Below, in pieces: positions 53,251-64,000 of a stretch of 64,000 nucleotides of DNA. Location of the stretch: assembly GCF_964355755.1 (NCBI RefSeq), contig NC_092675.1:22664912-22728911 (forward strand), read 5' to 3'. The notes under the pieces were generated by a model that was not told the DNA's origin, ran no database searches, and was given only the letters and a program-made list of their open reading frames with translations. Made by a program: the position numbers and the translations under genes. Source of the DNA: Antedon mediterranea. Its lineage: Eukaryota; Animalia; Echinodermata. Position 1 is the first letter of the stretch. Each line of letters opens with the position of its first letter.

Positions 53251-54659
53251 AAATACAATTACCATGATATCGTACAAAAATATGTCTTATACATCCAACG
53301 TATAACTAACCACAATGTTGCCAAAGTAACGGTATATAATAGTTTAGAAATGATACTCTTCTACTTATTGATATAGATAATCTATCAGATCAGTGTTCGT
53401 ATTTATGAGATATAAAATATTTTTTTTAAATGAGGCCTATATCATTGTAGAATGTGCTTCAGTGTTGATGTGCTTATTAAAACAATTGTTATACATCCTA
53501 CAGATTTTAAGAGTAGTTTGTATCCAAAGTGTGTATGTTATGCACACTTAAACACGACATAAACTTAATCTATACAATTCAATTGCAACAATTTATTTTA
53601 AGCGTTCGTAAAGTATCTTTTGAATAATATTATAGAATTACATGAGTACATTTAAATTGATAATAGTAGCCTAAATGAGAAAGAGATTCCTATTGCTGTT
53701 TCGAACGACCTGCTTTTAAAGCAAACGTTGCTGACGTTATAAATAGGAATTTATATTTATAAACTATATAACAACATTTATGTAGATCAGTTGAACAATG
53801 ATTTTTTTTTAATTTTAGTCAATCAAAACTAACAGCGATAAATACCGCCACTAACAGGTTTGATACATAAAACAATACAACATCAAAATACGGTTAATTA
53901 TAACCGAAAAATCGATAAATATTGTTAGGGTGTGTTTACGCAGTCAAAAGTTACCGGATAATTATCCAATAAAAGTTAGCCGATAGCATGGACAAAAAGA
54001 ATTGTTCATGCCGATAGTAACCGATAAGAGGTTCCGCTCAAGATTATCGGATCATTTCTGACAAATCCGAGTCTGTTGCCTATAGTAATGGACGAGTCTG
54101 TCAAAACGCCACAAACAAGTGTTTTTTTAAACTACTCGTATTCATATTATATTCCATATATTCATAAACCTGTACATTAAATCTATATTTGTTTCAAAAT
54201 TAAAAAATCAAAAATTAAAAAAACTCTTGTCTCGTGTACAAAAATGAAGCTTTTTGTGCAATTAATTGAATTTGAAAAATGCAAATTCAGTTTACTTGTT
54301 ACCGTACGTTAAGACTGCTCAGGCTTTTGAAAATTGTCTCCTATCTTTTAACACTTAGAGGTCTGAAAATAATAACTATTTCGGCCCATGTTAAAAGAAT
54401 ACTACAAAATTAAGTTTCTTTTTTTTGTAATTTGTGAGGTTATTTATAAACCGATTTTTCTTGAATTTCAATAGGCATGTTCTGTAAGTATATACCTTGT
54501 ATTGTATTGTATCATGCTAATGAGCAAACATACAAAGAAAGTACTATTCTATTTTGCCAAGTAATACATTAGTATATATCTATTACTGTAGAATCACTGT
54601 ATTATTGCAATAAGGCACGATTTACAAATAGTTTCTTTCCAGGATCTATTAGAGCCTTA

Positions 54660-54816
54660 AATATGATGTAGACACATTTTTTTTGTAATGTTTTTGTTTT
54701 TGAGTTCGTGTTGTGCCCGTTGGATATTGTGCTCCGCCAACAGAGCAAACAGAATTTCTATGTTTTTCCTAAAACAAATGATAATAAATGATACTTGACT
54801 TGACTTGACTTGACTT
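54660..54816 (+). mobile_element. LINE 3' UTR remnant with (CTTGA)n tail
   Basis: Hairpin tgctc...gagca, then aataaa and (acttg)5. Confidence 0.45.
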
Positions 54817-55478
54817 AATGATGATACAAGATTCAATTTATTTTGTCCAAATATTAAAATGGAAACTAAAATGTGAGTACATTTCATTAAAAAAACATAT
54901 GAATAAAACTGATGATTTTGATGTTTATCTGCCCAAAACTGTATGTATAAGATGAATGGTTACATAGAATGCTGGTGACATTTGACGCTGATGTGATACG
55001 TTTGTGTAGTACGGTATGAGTGTAAAGCTTGGTTCTTTTGAAGGAATAGGCCTATATAATATGTTTCTAGTGCAGGTGTTTAAAGTCTTTGCTTTCTTGA
55101 TTGTCTTCAAGTACCAACAAAATTATTTCATCGAGGGCCTCTTCAAGTCAGATGTAGGCCTAACGGATGTTAACTGTTAGAGCTACCCTTGTAAAAAGAA
55201 GTTGACAAATTAATCTTGATAGATCATAATGAGTGACGCAAACTATTGTTGGGCTCAAGAAAGCATGTTTACACTTTAAAAAAAGTATTGTTTAAAATCT
55301 TTTTGATAAATTGTTCGAATTGCGCATTTTTGTTAATACTTTTTCTGGGGTTTTGTGTTTACAATTGATAGTACTGTATTTGTTTTTTATAGTAGCAGTT
55401 GCCTGATTAGTTCAACTTCGAAGTTGGTGTAGACATTTGCATCTTTGCAAAATAAAATGTTCTATAATAATTTGTTCC

Positions 55479-55807
55479 TTATTATTATTATAACGCAGGT
55501 TGAGGGCGCTAAATATAACATTTACGAGATCGAAGGTGGTGGCGTAAGCCATAGAAAATAAAAAAATGTTATAATGGTGTGCTCGCCCTGCCTCATCACT
55601 AGGCCTATAGCCCTGTCAGTCGTTCCACCACATGAGATCTATTGATGTTGCCGCCATATGATGTGCTGAAAAGGGGGACGTATCATTTTATGAACTCAAA
55701 ACACAGTAGCTCGCATATCTTTTACTCTAGTCCACCACCAGCGTGGTATTCGAACCCACGACATTCGTGTTGTTGACACGGCGCTCAGTCGACTGAGCTA
55801 ACCGGTC
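55479..55807 (-). mobile_element. tRNA(Ile)-like SINE (head 55736-55807 is a tRNA pseudogene-like sequence)
   Basis: Minus strand gaccggttagctcagtcgactgagcg...gtgggttcgaatacc has A and B boxes and resembles tRNA-Ile(AAT) with a degenerate anticodon loop. The tail is agcgc...gcgtta(taa)n. Confidence 0.75.
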
Positions 55808-56254
55808 AACTTGATTATAAAAAGGTTAATACAAGCTCCGTTCTTTCAAGACGACGTTCATGAATATGCATATTTATGACGCCACAATGAACGTAATATT
55901 AATATGAAGCACGTATAAATAGACTCAGCTGTTCAGTCATGTACTGTGGCGTAACGGGTACATGCGTGCTATGTTTAGAGTACTCACAGCTCTAGCCCGG
56001 GTTGGAATCTCTACGGATTTTTTTAAAATGGAAAATAAATATTGTTTTTGTTTTAATTTGAAGAGATATATTTAGAATGCTAATTTATGAAATATAATTA
56101 GGCTATCTTTCCGATTCCTACCGTCACACAAATTTAGAAATATAGCTGCTAGGTCCTCATAAATATCACTTATAATAAAAATAAATAAACTAATAATAAA
56201 AATATTAATAATAAGGATGATGGAAAGAAATCTTATGTAGGGGAAATTTACTGT

Positions 56255-56290
56255 AGGCGGAGATATGCACTCTCGGAGTGCCGTTCTAGT
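56255..56290 (+). mobile_element. Helitron-type 3' terminus
   Basis: The hairpin gcactc-tcg-gagtgc (56267-56281) is followed by CTAG (56286-56289) and then T. Confidence 0.5.
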
Positions 56291-56637
56291 TTTATTTTTA
56301 GATGGGACCAGAAACAAATAAAGAAACACAATGTCGGCGTAATAAACATTGAATGGCCAGTGATAGAACATCCATTAAATTTAAATTTGAATTTATTTCA
56401 GTGTTCCGAATTTGCCTGTGATTGCTGCACATTCCTGAAGCGATATTCGGAACACTGTCCAGAAAAGTTATTTAGTAGGCCTATTTGGGAAGAAGGTATC
56501 GCCGCTGGACAGTTCGGTGCGTTTTGGAATAATTTAAGTGTAAATAAAAAAAAAACAATTTAAAATTAGTTTGAATGCATGTAAATAGGATCGGTTTGTT
56601 TAGCGATATATTATATAATTGTTTATATTATACTTAA

Positions 56638-56908
56638 GCGTGGTTCCCAACCGACGACGTGACAGTGCTGCAAACATCGCTACGGGAAATCAAATTAGTG
56701 ATTTCACGCAACACAACGCAATGCAAAAGAACACCGGAAAACATAAATAGGCCTACAGCACGTACTAAAATGTACGCGGGGTGATCCCGGACACAGTCTA
56801 CGACAACTAACGTTTACGACGACGATTTCACGCAGGCGGGGGCAAACACAATTATTGGAAGGGCATTTGCTTATGTTGCGTAGGTTGCGTCGCTAGTGGG
56901 AACCAAGC
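56638..56908. mobile_element. Harbinger-like MITE (gcttggttcccactagcgacgcaa family)
   Basis: Termini gcgtggttccca / tgggaaccaagc with TAA and TTA flanks. Confidence 0.75.
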
Positions 56909-57070
56909 TTAGCTGCATTATTTTTCGGGTTGATGACAACATATATTGATACTTTTTCAATAATAGCATAATAATAGCATCCTCTATCCCATGTCAGTCT
57001 AGGCCTAATTGCCTTTTTGGCGGCGGAAGTTGTGACTATCGTTGTTGGATCGTCGAAACTAAAAAGATAA

Positions 57071-57292
57071 GCGTGGTTTCCACTAGCGACGCAAACGTAA
57101 CGCAACGCTATGACGTATTGACGCAAAGTGCTGTATTGCGTAATTCACAAGTGGGAACCAACGACGCAACAGTGCTGGGAAAATCGCAGGTTTGATTTCA
57201 CGCAGGCGGGGGCAAACACAATGATTGAATGGGCATTTTCTTACCATGCGTAGATTGCGTTACGTTGCGTCGCTAGAGTGGGGGAACCAAGC
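57071..57292. mobile_element. Harbinger-like MITE, second copy
   Basis: TIRs gcgtggtttccactagcgacgcaa / ttgcgtcgctagagtgggggaaccaagc. It shares the internal gatttcacgcaggcgggggcaaacacaat with 56638-56908. Confidence 0.8.
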
Positions 57293-57479
57293 TATAGAAA
57301 CAAACACTGGACGCAATGTTCCCGAAAACACCGGTAGGTGGCGCTGTACACGACTTACCAAAGAACTTATGACTTCTTTGCTTTTACTGAACACTCTCAA
57401 AATATACTGTAGTACTTTCGTAGTGAAAAATCAGGGAAGAGTTAACTCTTCCCTGTGAAAAATCAGGCAATCACCTAGT

Positions 57480-58410
57480 TCAGATAAGTTCAGAGTTCAA
57501 GTTCAGATAATATTTATTTAGATAATAATGAATGAATATATACAAAATAGAAAAAAGATATTAAAGTGAACATAGATAAAGCAGTAATTGGTAGTCATTA
57601 TTATCATGGATCCCTTCTAGAAGTTAAAAACTTGTCTCGTAGGGACCCACAACAAAACACATTACTAAAAAAATAAAAATAACCTAGAATATATAATTAT
57701 ATAATTTAGGATAAAAAATTACAGTATAATAACGTAACTAACATCTTCTTTATAAATTATATAAATAATTATAAATGAAATAACTACCGATATTGGTAAA
57801 TGAAAAAAAAAAATATGTATACATAAATTATAATTCCAGTATATATATAGTATATACTATATATACATTATATATAGTATAGATTAAAGATTGCAATAAT
57901 AAACAACAACTAATATTTTGTGTAAGACATAAATAGTATATGAGTATAAATAATGATAATAAGCATATTAACTAAGCAGTATAATATTTAGATATATAAT
58001 GATTCTTTAACTTTTTTCGGAAAGTAAATAATGATATTGACGTTTTGATATTTGGTGGGATATGATTCCACAAATTAGGACCTGATATAGTTATAAAAAA
58101 TTTAGTTTTAGTAAGTCTAGCAAAAGGAATGTTTAAATGAGAAGTTCTTAAATTGTAATTGTGAAATTTGGTACGTTTACAGAGCATATCAATCATAGAA
58201 ATAGGAAGTTGATTTTTAAAATAATTAAACATAAAACTGGCAACTTTAACATTGTGGATATCCGTTAATTTTAATATACCAAGACGTTTAAAAAGGGGTT
58301 CAGATGAGGTTCTATATGGTGAAAAAGTAATAATTCTAGCTGCACGTTTTTGTAATTTAGTTAATCTAGCAATATTAGAAGAGTAATCTGCAGCCCAAAT
58401 AATGTTACAA
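57480..58410 (-). mobile_element. 5'-truncated L2/Crack-like LINE (ORF2 C-terminus, 3' UTR, tail)
   Basis: Codes CNIIWAA...KLQKRAARII...SEPLFKRLGILKL...HNYNLR...GPNLWNHIP...FRKKLK. It has a 3' hairpin and an aataaa plus (tgaact)n tail. Confidence 0.88.
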
Positions 58411-58469
58411 AAAAAAAAAAAAATTCCCCAGATATGTATTTGACATTGTATCGCATGGAACGCCTCAAA

Positions 58470-58600
58470 GCTTGGTAATTTGGTTCCCACTAGCGACGCA
58501 CCGTAACGCAACATACGCAACGTAAGAAATGCCCTTTCAATAAATGTGTTTGCCCCTGCCTGCGTGAAATCAAACCTGCGATGTTTGCAGAACTTTTGCA
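58470..58600. mobile_element. Partial third copy of the Harbinger-like MITE (inverted orientation)
   Basis: ttggttcccactagcgacgca...tgtgtttgcccctgcctgcgtgaaatc. Confidence 0.7.
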
Positions 58601-59077
58601 TCGAAACGCTGAAAAACATACGAAACAGTATATATCTTAGCCAAAAAGTAAATTTTATGATTTTATTTAAATAACCTGTGTCGTCACAAAGAACGTCATC
58701 TTTATCTTTTGGGAGGCAATCCGGACCACGGTCCCAATTCTGGACCACTTTTTAGTATAATTTTCAGACCTGCTAGAGTGTTAAAATATTAGGACAGAAT
58801 TTTCAAAAAGCTGGCGAGCAGTCTTTCAGTAACAAGTAAACTGAAATTTCATTTTCTCGAGAACTAGAGAGAACTGTCCAAAAACCTTCATTTTTGTACA
58901 AGAGGCAAGAGTTATAATTTGTGAATCGTAATTTTAAAACACAATTTCATTTAATTTACAAGAAGTTTCGATCAGAAAGATCACCTATAATACGTCAAAG
59001 TTGTTATTATTTTAAAATGCTTTGTTTTACAATTTTGTCGATTTAATTGTGTGTTTATACTCTACAGTAGTTATTTC

Positions 59078-59329
59078 CAACAGGACATTGACCTCGCCTT
59101 GCAAAGATATGAACTCTCAACATTCCTTGTATTTGATCTTATGTCTGGCTGCGACAAATACCAACAGTACTGTACTATTCTCAGCAGCAAACTTAGGTAG
59201 GTAGGATAGGAGTCTGTGAGTGTGACCCAAGGCAATCTAACAACAGGACATTGAGCTCGCCTTGCCAAGACTCCTTTTATTTGATCTTATGTCTGGCTGC
59301 GACAAATAATACCACCAGTACTGTACTAT
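59078..59329. repeat. Local direct duplication of about 90-100 bp
   Basis: caacaggacattga.ctcgccttgc...tttgatcttatgtctggctgcgacaaata...cagtactgtactat occurs at 59078 and 59241. Confidence 0.85.
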
Positions 59330-59637
59330 GTACATATTTTCTACGGCTCAGTGTCTGGTAAGGGGCCTGCTACTGATCATGCTGCTGCCACAGCTAAACC
59401 CTTTAATATTTGGAGCTCAGCATCCTGTTGGACGTCTGGTTTTCTGTAAAGTCTGGTATTCGGAATGCGCTTTTAATGGGAAAAGGGAATTTGTGATCTT
59501 TTAATGATTAGTCCCTCAAGAAAAGTCTGGTTGGGAGAGTTTCCGGACCTGGGCAGAGTCAGATGTATTAACAGAAATTCGTTTGGTTAGAAAGGAGACT
59601 GAAGAAAGTAAATACGAGTATGTAAACTGAAAACTTG

Positions 59638-59643
59638 TTTATT
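59638..59643 (-). terminator. Candidate polyadenylation signal (AATAAA) of the 14-3-3 gene
   Basis: tttatt on the plus strand about 1.5 kb past the stop codon, followed on the minus strand by T-rich sequence. Confidence 0.4.
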
Positions 59644-60369
59644 ACATCCAATAGGTTTCTATGACAACTGAAGATACAAATTCTACTTTATGTCAATCAA
59701 TAATGTGCAATAGACATTTTATCAATAGCAAACAGACAGACAAAAGTAAATAACGCACAATTGGGAATTGGTTATTAAGAATAGCAGATCTGCGCATATT
59801 GATGACAAATCGACATCAGCAGGCTGGGTCATGAAGACCTAACACAATTCTGGGATGAAATGTCTACCAGTAATTTGAAAAAGCTCAGATGAAAGCAAAA
59901 ACTTGTCTAAATGCTGTATATAGACTGACTTGGAGCACTAATAATTTCACACATACATACATTATACATACATACATACATATTCCCACACATATTACAG
60001 TAATAATTATGATTTTATTTGGAAACTGAAAAATGTATTGATCCAGTGGGTTTGTAATTTCGATTTTGGTACAGATTTGGATTTTACTTTACCAGATCCA
60101 ATAATTGCTTCAAAAATCTTTATATTAGAATTACACATATTTATATAAAATATTGAAATTGTTTCCAAACCAACAGAAATGGAAAATATACTGTAGCAAC
60201 CATCATTTAATCTGTTTTATAATTAAAATATTGCTATAAAAATGCTTACATTATAAATTAAAGATGCAATAATATAAAAACGGTGAGATTAAATGTCCAC
60301 TTGTTGTCATAATGACAGGTTCTTTCACTGTTTTAGAAATGAACTGAAACTGTTTATGAAATAAAAAAT

Positions 60370-60885
60370 AAAAAAACAGAAAAAAAAATGTATTTTCCAT
60401 TTGGTTTCCTGTGTTTTTAGAAGAAAAACTATCTAATTTTAAAGGTAGCACCAATTGAAAAAAAAAATTAATTGAGGTCTCTTCATAAAAAAAAAAAAAA
60501 ACAGAAACAATAATGTATTTTCCATTTGGTTTCCTGTGTTTTTAGAAGAAAAACTATCTAGTTTTAAAGGTAGCACCAATTGAAAAAAAAAATTAATTGA
60601 GGTCCTGAAATTAAGGATAACTCTTCATTAAATAAATAAATAAAAAAAAAACAGAAACTAAGATGTATTTTCCATTTGGTTTCCTGTGTTCTTAGAAGAA
60701 AAACTATCTAGTTTTAAAGGTAGCACCAATTCGAAAAAAAAATTAATTGAGGTCCTGAAATTAAGGATAACTCTTCATTAAATTAAAAAAAAAAAAAACA
60801 GAAACAAAGATGTATTTTCCATTTGGTTTCCTGTGTTCTTAGAAGAAAAACTATCTAGTTTTAAAGGTAGCACCAATTGAAAAAA
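60370..60885. repeat. Tandem repeat of about 125-150 bp (about 3.6 copies) in the predicted 14-3-3 3' UTR
   Basis: atgtattttccatttggtttcctgtg...aaaggtagcaccaatt occurs four times, separated by A runs. Confidence 0.93.
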
Positions 60886-61146
60886 TAACCGAAAATTATA
60901 AATGAATTTAGCATGGTTGTTTTAAGTCAATTGTTACGCAGCTACAGTACTGTAACTAACTTGTATGAGGATAACACAACATATAAAATAATTGTTGTTA
61001 ATAGAGAAGTATATTACAGTACTAAATAAATTTGTCCTTTAATGATGGTAGTTTTGACAGATTAAATGTTTTTTTGGTTCAGATAGCACACAAGAAAGTA
61101 TCGCCAGTTTGTGTTTGATACGTTGGTGACCAAGAGGTTGTTATTC

Positions 61147-61869
61147 TTAATCAGCATCTTCGCCTTCATGTTCGCTTTCACTTGTCCAGAGCGTCAGGTT
61201 GTCTCTTAGTAGTTGCATGATTAGGGTGGAGTCTTTGTAAGAATCTTCTGTGAGCTGGTCAAGTTCTGCAATAGCCTCGTCAAAGCTACTCTTGGCCAGT
61301 TCGCATGCTTCCTTAACTTCTCCCTTCATTTCGTAGAAGAAAACAGAGTAGTTGAGTGCAAGACCTAGACGGACTGGATCAGTTGCTACCATTGGAACAC
61401 CGTAGGCTTCTTTATATGCTTCGCCAGCAGCTTCTATTTCTTTTTTCTTCTCCTCATCTTCAGATACTTCGGCAGCATAACGATGGTAATCTCCTTTCAT
61501 TTTATAATAAAATACATAATCCTCTTTGTTTTCTTCTTTGACAATTTTATCATTCAGAGTCTCAATAAGCCCCCACACTCTTGTACAGATTTTCTTTAAT
61601 TCTTCAACGATGTCTTTCTTGAAATTTGCTGCTAGCTCTTTTTTGCGACCTTCATGTTTCTGTTCCATTGACGTTATTACTCGCCATGCCGAACGCTTTG
61701 CACCTGCAATATTTTTGAAAGCTACTGAAAATAGGTTGCGTTCCTCTACTTGAAGCTTTTCATTGGTAACGTCCTTGATAACCTCTTCCATAGAATTTGC
61801 CATATCATCGTACCGTTCTGCTTGCTCGGCCAACTTGGCCATCTCAACATATTCCTTCCTAGACTTCAT
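61147..61869 (-). CDS. 14-3-3: 14-3-3 family protein, 240 aa, divergent paralog with intronless CDS
   Basis: Contains AKLAEQAERYDDM, ERNLFSVAFKN, KMKGDYHRY, RLGLALNYSVFFYE and SYKDSTLIMQLLRDNLTLW. The acceptor ctttattacag| lies 2 nt upstream of the ATG. Confidence 0.97.
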   Translation of the reverse strand: MKSRKEYVEMAKLAEQAERYDDMANSMEEVIKDVTNEKLQVEERNLFSVAFKNIAGAKRSAWRVITSMEQKHEGRKKELAANFKKDIVEELKKICTRVWGLIETLNDKIVKEENKEDYVFYYKMKGDYHRYAAEVSEDEEKKKEIEAAGEAYKEAYGVPMVATDPVRLGLALNYSVFFYEMKGEVKEACELAKSSFDEAIAELDQLTEDSYKDSTLIMQLLRDNLTLWTSESEHEGEDAD

Positions 61870-62715
61870 TTCTGTAATAAAGATAGAAGGAAAAAATGCT
61901 GTTAGTGTTTGTTTTATAGTTAGTGTTACACTTCTTTATGTACGTAAACACTATGTTGTTGTTACCAGATTGCAACCAATTTCATTTAAAAAAGGTCGCA
62001 CAAATTGGAGATATTAACTTCATGATAGTACAGTATAGCGAATTATTGCTACAGTGAAGACATCATCAGGATTTGGTACGACATACTACTATCCATTTTG
62101 TATTCAATAAAATATGGTGCTTCACAATGACAATATGATCCAATACGATGGACGATTAACATGAGTATGGTACTTTAATATGAATTTGAAAATGGTCATT
62201 CGTCATTCATAGCCAAATTCTTAAATGTGGGAAAAAGGAATAAGCCCCCTCCACCCCCTTCTACATAAATTAACGTCCAGTTTTGTAGGTGGGATTATAC
62301 CAGCGACTCAAAAGTGTAGGCTAGATACTCACAATTTCACCGACAAAGGGTGCAATTTACATCATTTGTGGCAAAATTAAAATTTTCTGTGATGCAGATA
62401 TTTTAATCCGTGATAGATCTGTAATCCAACTTTAATTTTGCCACTTTGTAGATAGAAATTTGTCCCAAAGAGCATTCATCTGTGTTTTAATTCAATGTAC
62501 AAAGGTCCTTATTACACGTTATATTTTAAAGAAAATTTTTAAATTGTTTAAACATAATTTTTTAAAGATGGTTCTGCTTTCAGTTTTATTAGTGTTGTTA
62601 CCAAAAAATCACTGATTTTTTAAGGCATCAAACATGTGTACAGTAGTAGTCTGGGTTGGGACAGTGGGAAAGCCACTTCGCGTTTTGACCGTTAAATCGT
62701 GTAAAATCGACTTAC

Positions 62716-62900
62716 TTCCGCATTGACGATTTTGAAGCGCCACCTATCGTTGAAAACTGAAACCACGATTTTTCGTCGCCTAGCAAATAAGTGCTGTTTT
62801 ATTTTAAGCTCTCATGAATATTTAAGAACCGCCCAACATTACCTATTATGGTAAAAGCATTTCCTAATAAGTATTATTGAATAACCAATCGGTTTCCTTC
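62716..62900 (-). promoter_or_regulatory. Candidate non-coding first exon and promoter of the 14-3-3 gene
   Basis: Minus-strand donor gaa|gtaagt at 62715, CpG-rich sequence, a ccgccc box (about 62829) and CCAAT (about 62885). Confidence 0.45.
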
Positions 62901-64000
62901 AAAGAAACCGAAGCTAATACAATACATTCGGCGACTGAAGTCGGGACTCGTGAAATTTATAAATGTGGTACGATTTGACTAATGTTTTGTTGTCCATTTT
63001 CTGAATAGTCGGAGGTGCATCCCAACAAATTAAAAAAATTATAATCAATTGTTTTATCAAGAATAATATTAGTTTAATCGAGTATGATATATTTCTATCC
63101 TGTTCAAAATTTGTTGATGTATTCTCAGGCCTCGAAAGGTAGGTACATTTTCTAGTTGTGAGCGTGGTTTCGGCAACGCGAGACACGTGTGTCAGTATAG
63201 GCGATAGCGAGACGTGTCTTGTACTGTGTTGATGCTGATCCGATAGTCGTTAAGTTGTACTGATTACGAGTATCATTGGTCCTGGCCGGCCTAGCCTGGT
63301 GATCTGATCCCCGCAAAAAAAAAAAAACTTTTTTCCAATCAGTATTAATATTATTATTTTGTTTTTCATTTATTATTTGATTTATTAGGCTCAATAGATG
63401 CCTAGCTAGACTACTAGTAGGCCTAGATTATATAAATAATAATAGTAAATACTGTAATTTAATTAATAAAATACAGCTTCCATTTGCCTTACTTTTATGT
63501 CATCATATAATATTATAATTATATATACAACCAGACATTAACATTTTTTTAAAAATAATATTTATTATTTTTTCTGACACTTTCAGGAATCGTTGTTGAT
63601 GATGCAGAGTTTTTGTGACTTCAAACTGAGAGTGAAGTGGATAAAAAGATGACACCGGTACCTACAGACATTGTCATACCCAAACTATAATTTAATTATT
63701 TAAAACAAAATGTTGAATTACAAATATGTATGTTGCAGAGGATTTAGATGAATTACAATACAAATATTTATGTTGAATGCAAACCTACTACACTATACTC
63801 TGTAAATTATGTTATTGTCATGTGGTAGACCTTAAAAATTGAATATTTATTGTATGTTAGGCCTATTTTATATTTTATTAATACTGTATTAGTTTAATAT
63901 TACTATTATTATAATTTATATTATACAGTACTAGTTTGTACATGTTTTTACCAAAAAAAAATGAATAAATAATTTGTTATTCAATCTAATTGCTTGTTTG

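Noticed and set aside
55736-55807. Functional tRNA gene
   Set aside because: The D-loop GG is lost, the anticodon loop is non-canonical, the acceptor stem is imperfect, and it continues into a SINE body.
57972-58748. 258-aa ORF as a single protein
   Set aside because: It is a chimera of unrelated repeat and MITE sequence read in frame into a LINE ORF2 C-terminus at an A-run junction.
61356-62017. Plus-strand ORFs overlapping 14-3-3
   Set aside because: They are antisense shadows of the real CDS with non-ATG starts.

Overview
AT-rich (roughly 30% GC by eye) eukaryotic genomic DNA, probably from a marine invertebrate. A Deu/Nin-domain SINE and the transposon repertoire suggest a deuterostome such as an echinoderm, which is inference. 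No prokaryotic features or CRISPR arrays were seen. Main content: (1) a divergent 14-3-3 gene with an intronless CDS on the minus strand (61147-61869), with a 5'-UTR intron, a tandem-repeat-containing 3' UTR and a possibly bidirectional promoter. (2) The 5' part of an unidentified minus-strand spliced gene spanning about 1-43 kb. It has a well-bounded exon carrying the calcineurin-docking hexapeptide PRIEIT and several phase-compatible candidate alternative first exons. (3) A near-perfect 381-bp-arm inverted duplication that captures one candidate exon. (4) Many mobile elements: a deleted Academ (XPG nuclease + Cys8) transposon nested in an older MITE, a 5S-rRNA-derived SINE, tRNA SINEs, CR1/L2/RTE LINE 3' ends, Kolobok/Harbinger/CACTA/MULE/Tc1-like MITEs, Helentron/Helitron remnants and a Penelope-like hammerhead remnant. 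(5) Minisatellites of 84, 30, 20 and about 150 bp. (6) A strong excess of the palindrome TAGGCCTA, almost confined to the right-hand 35 kb. All calls were made by eye without databases. Short exon calls are tentative.
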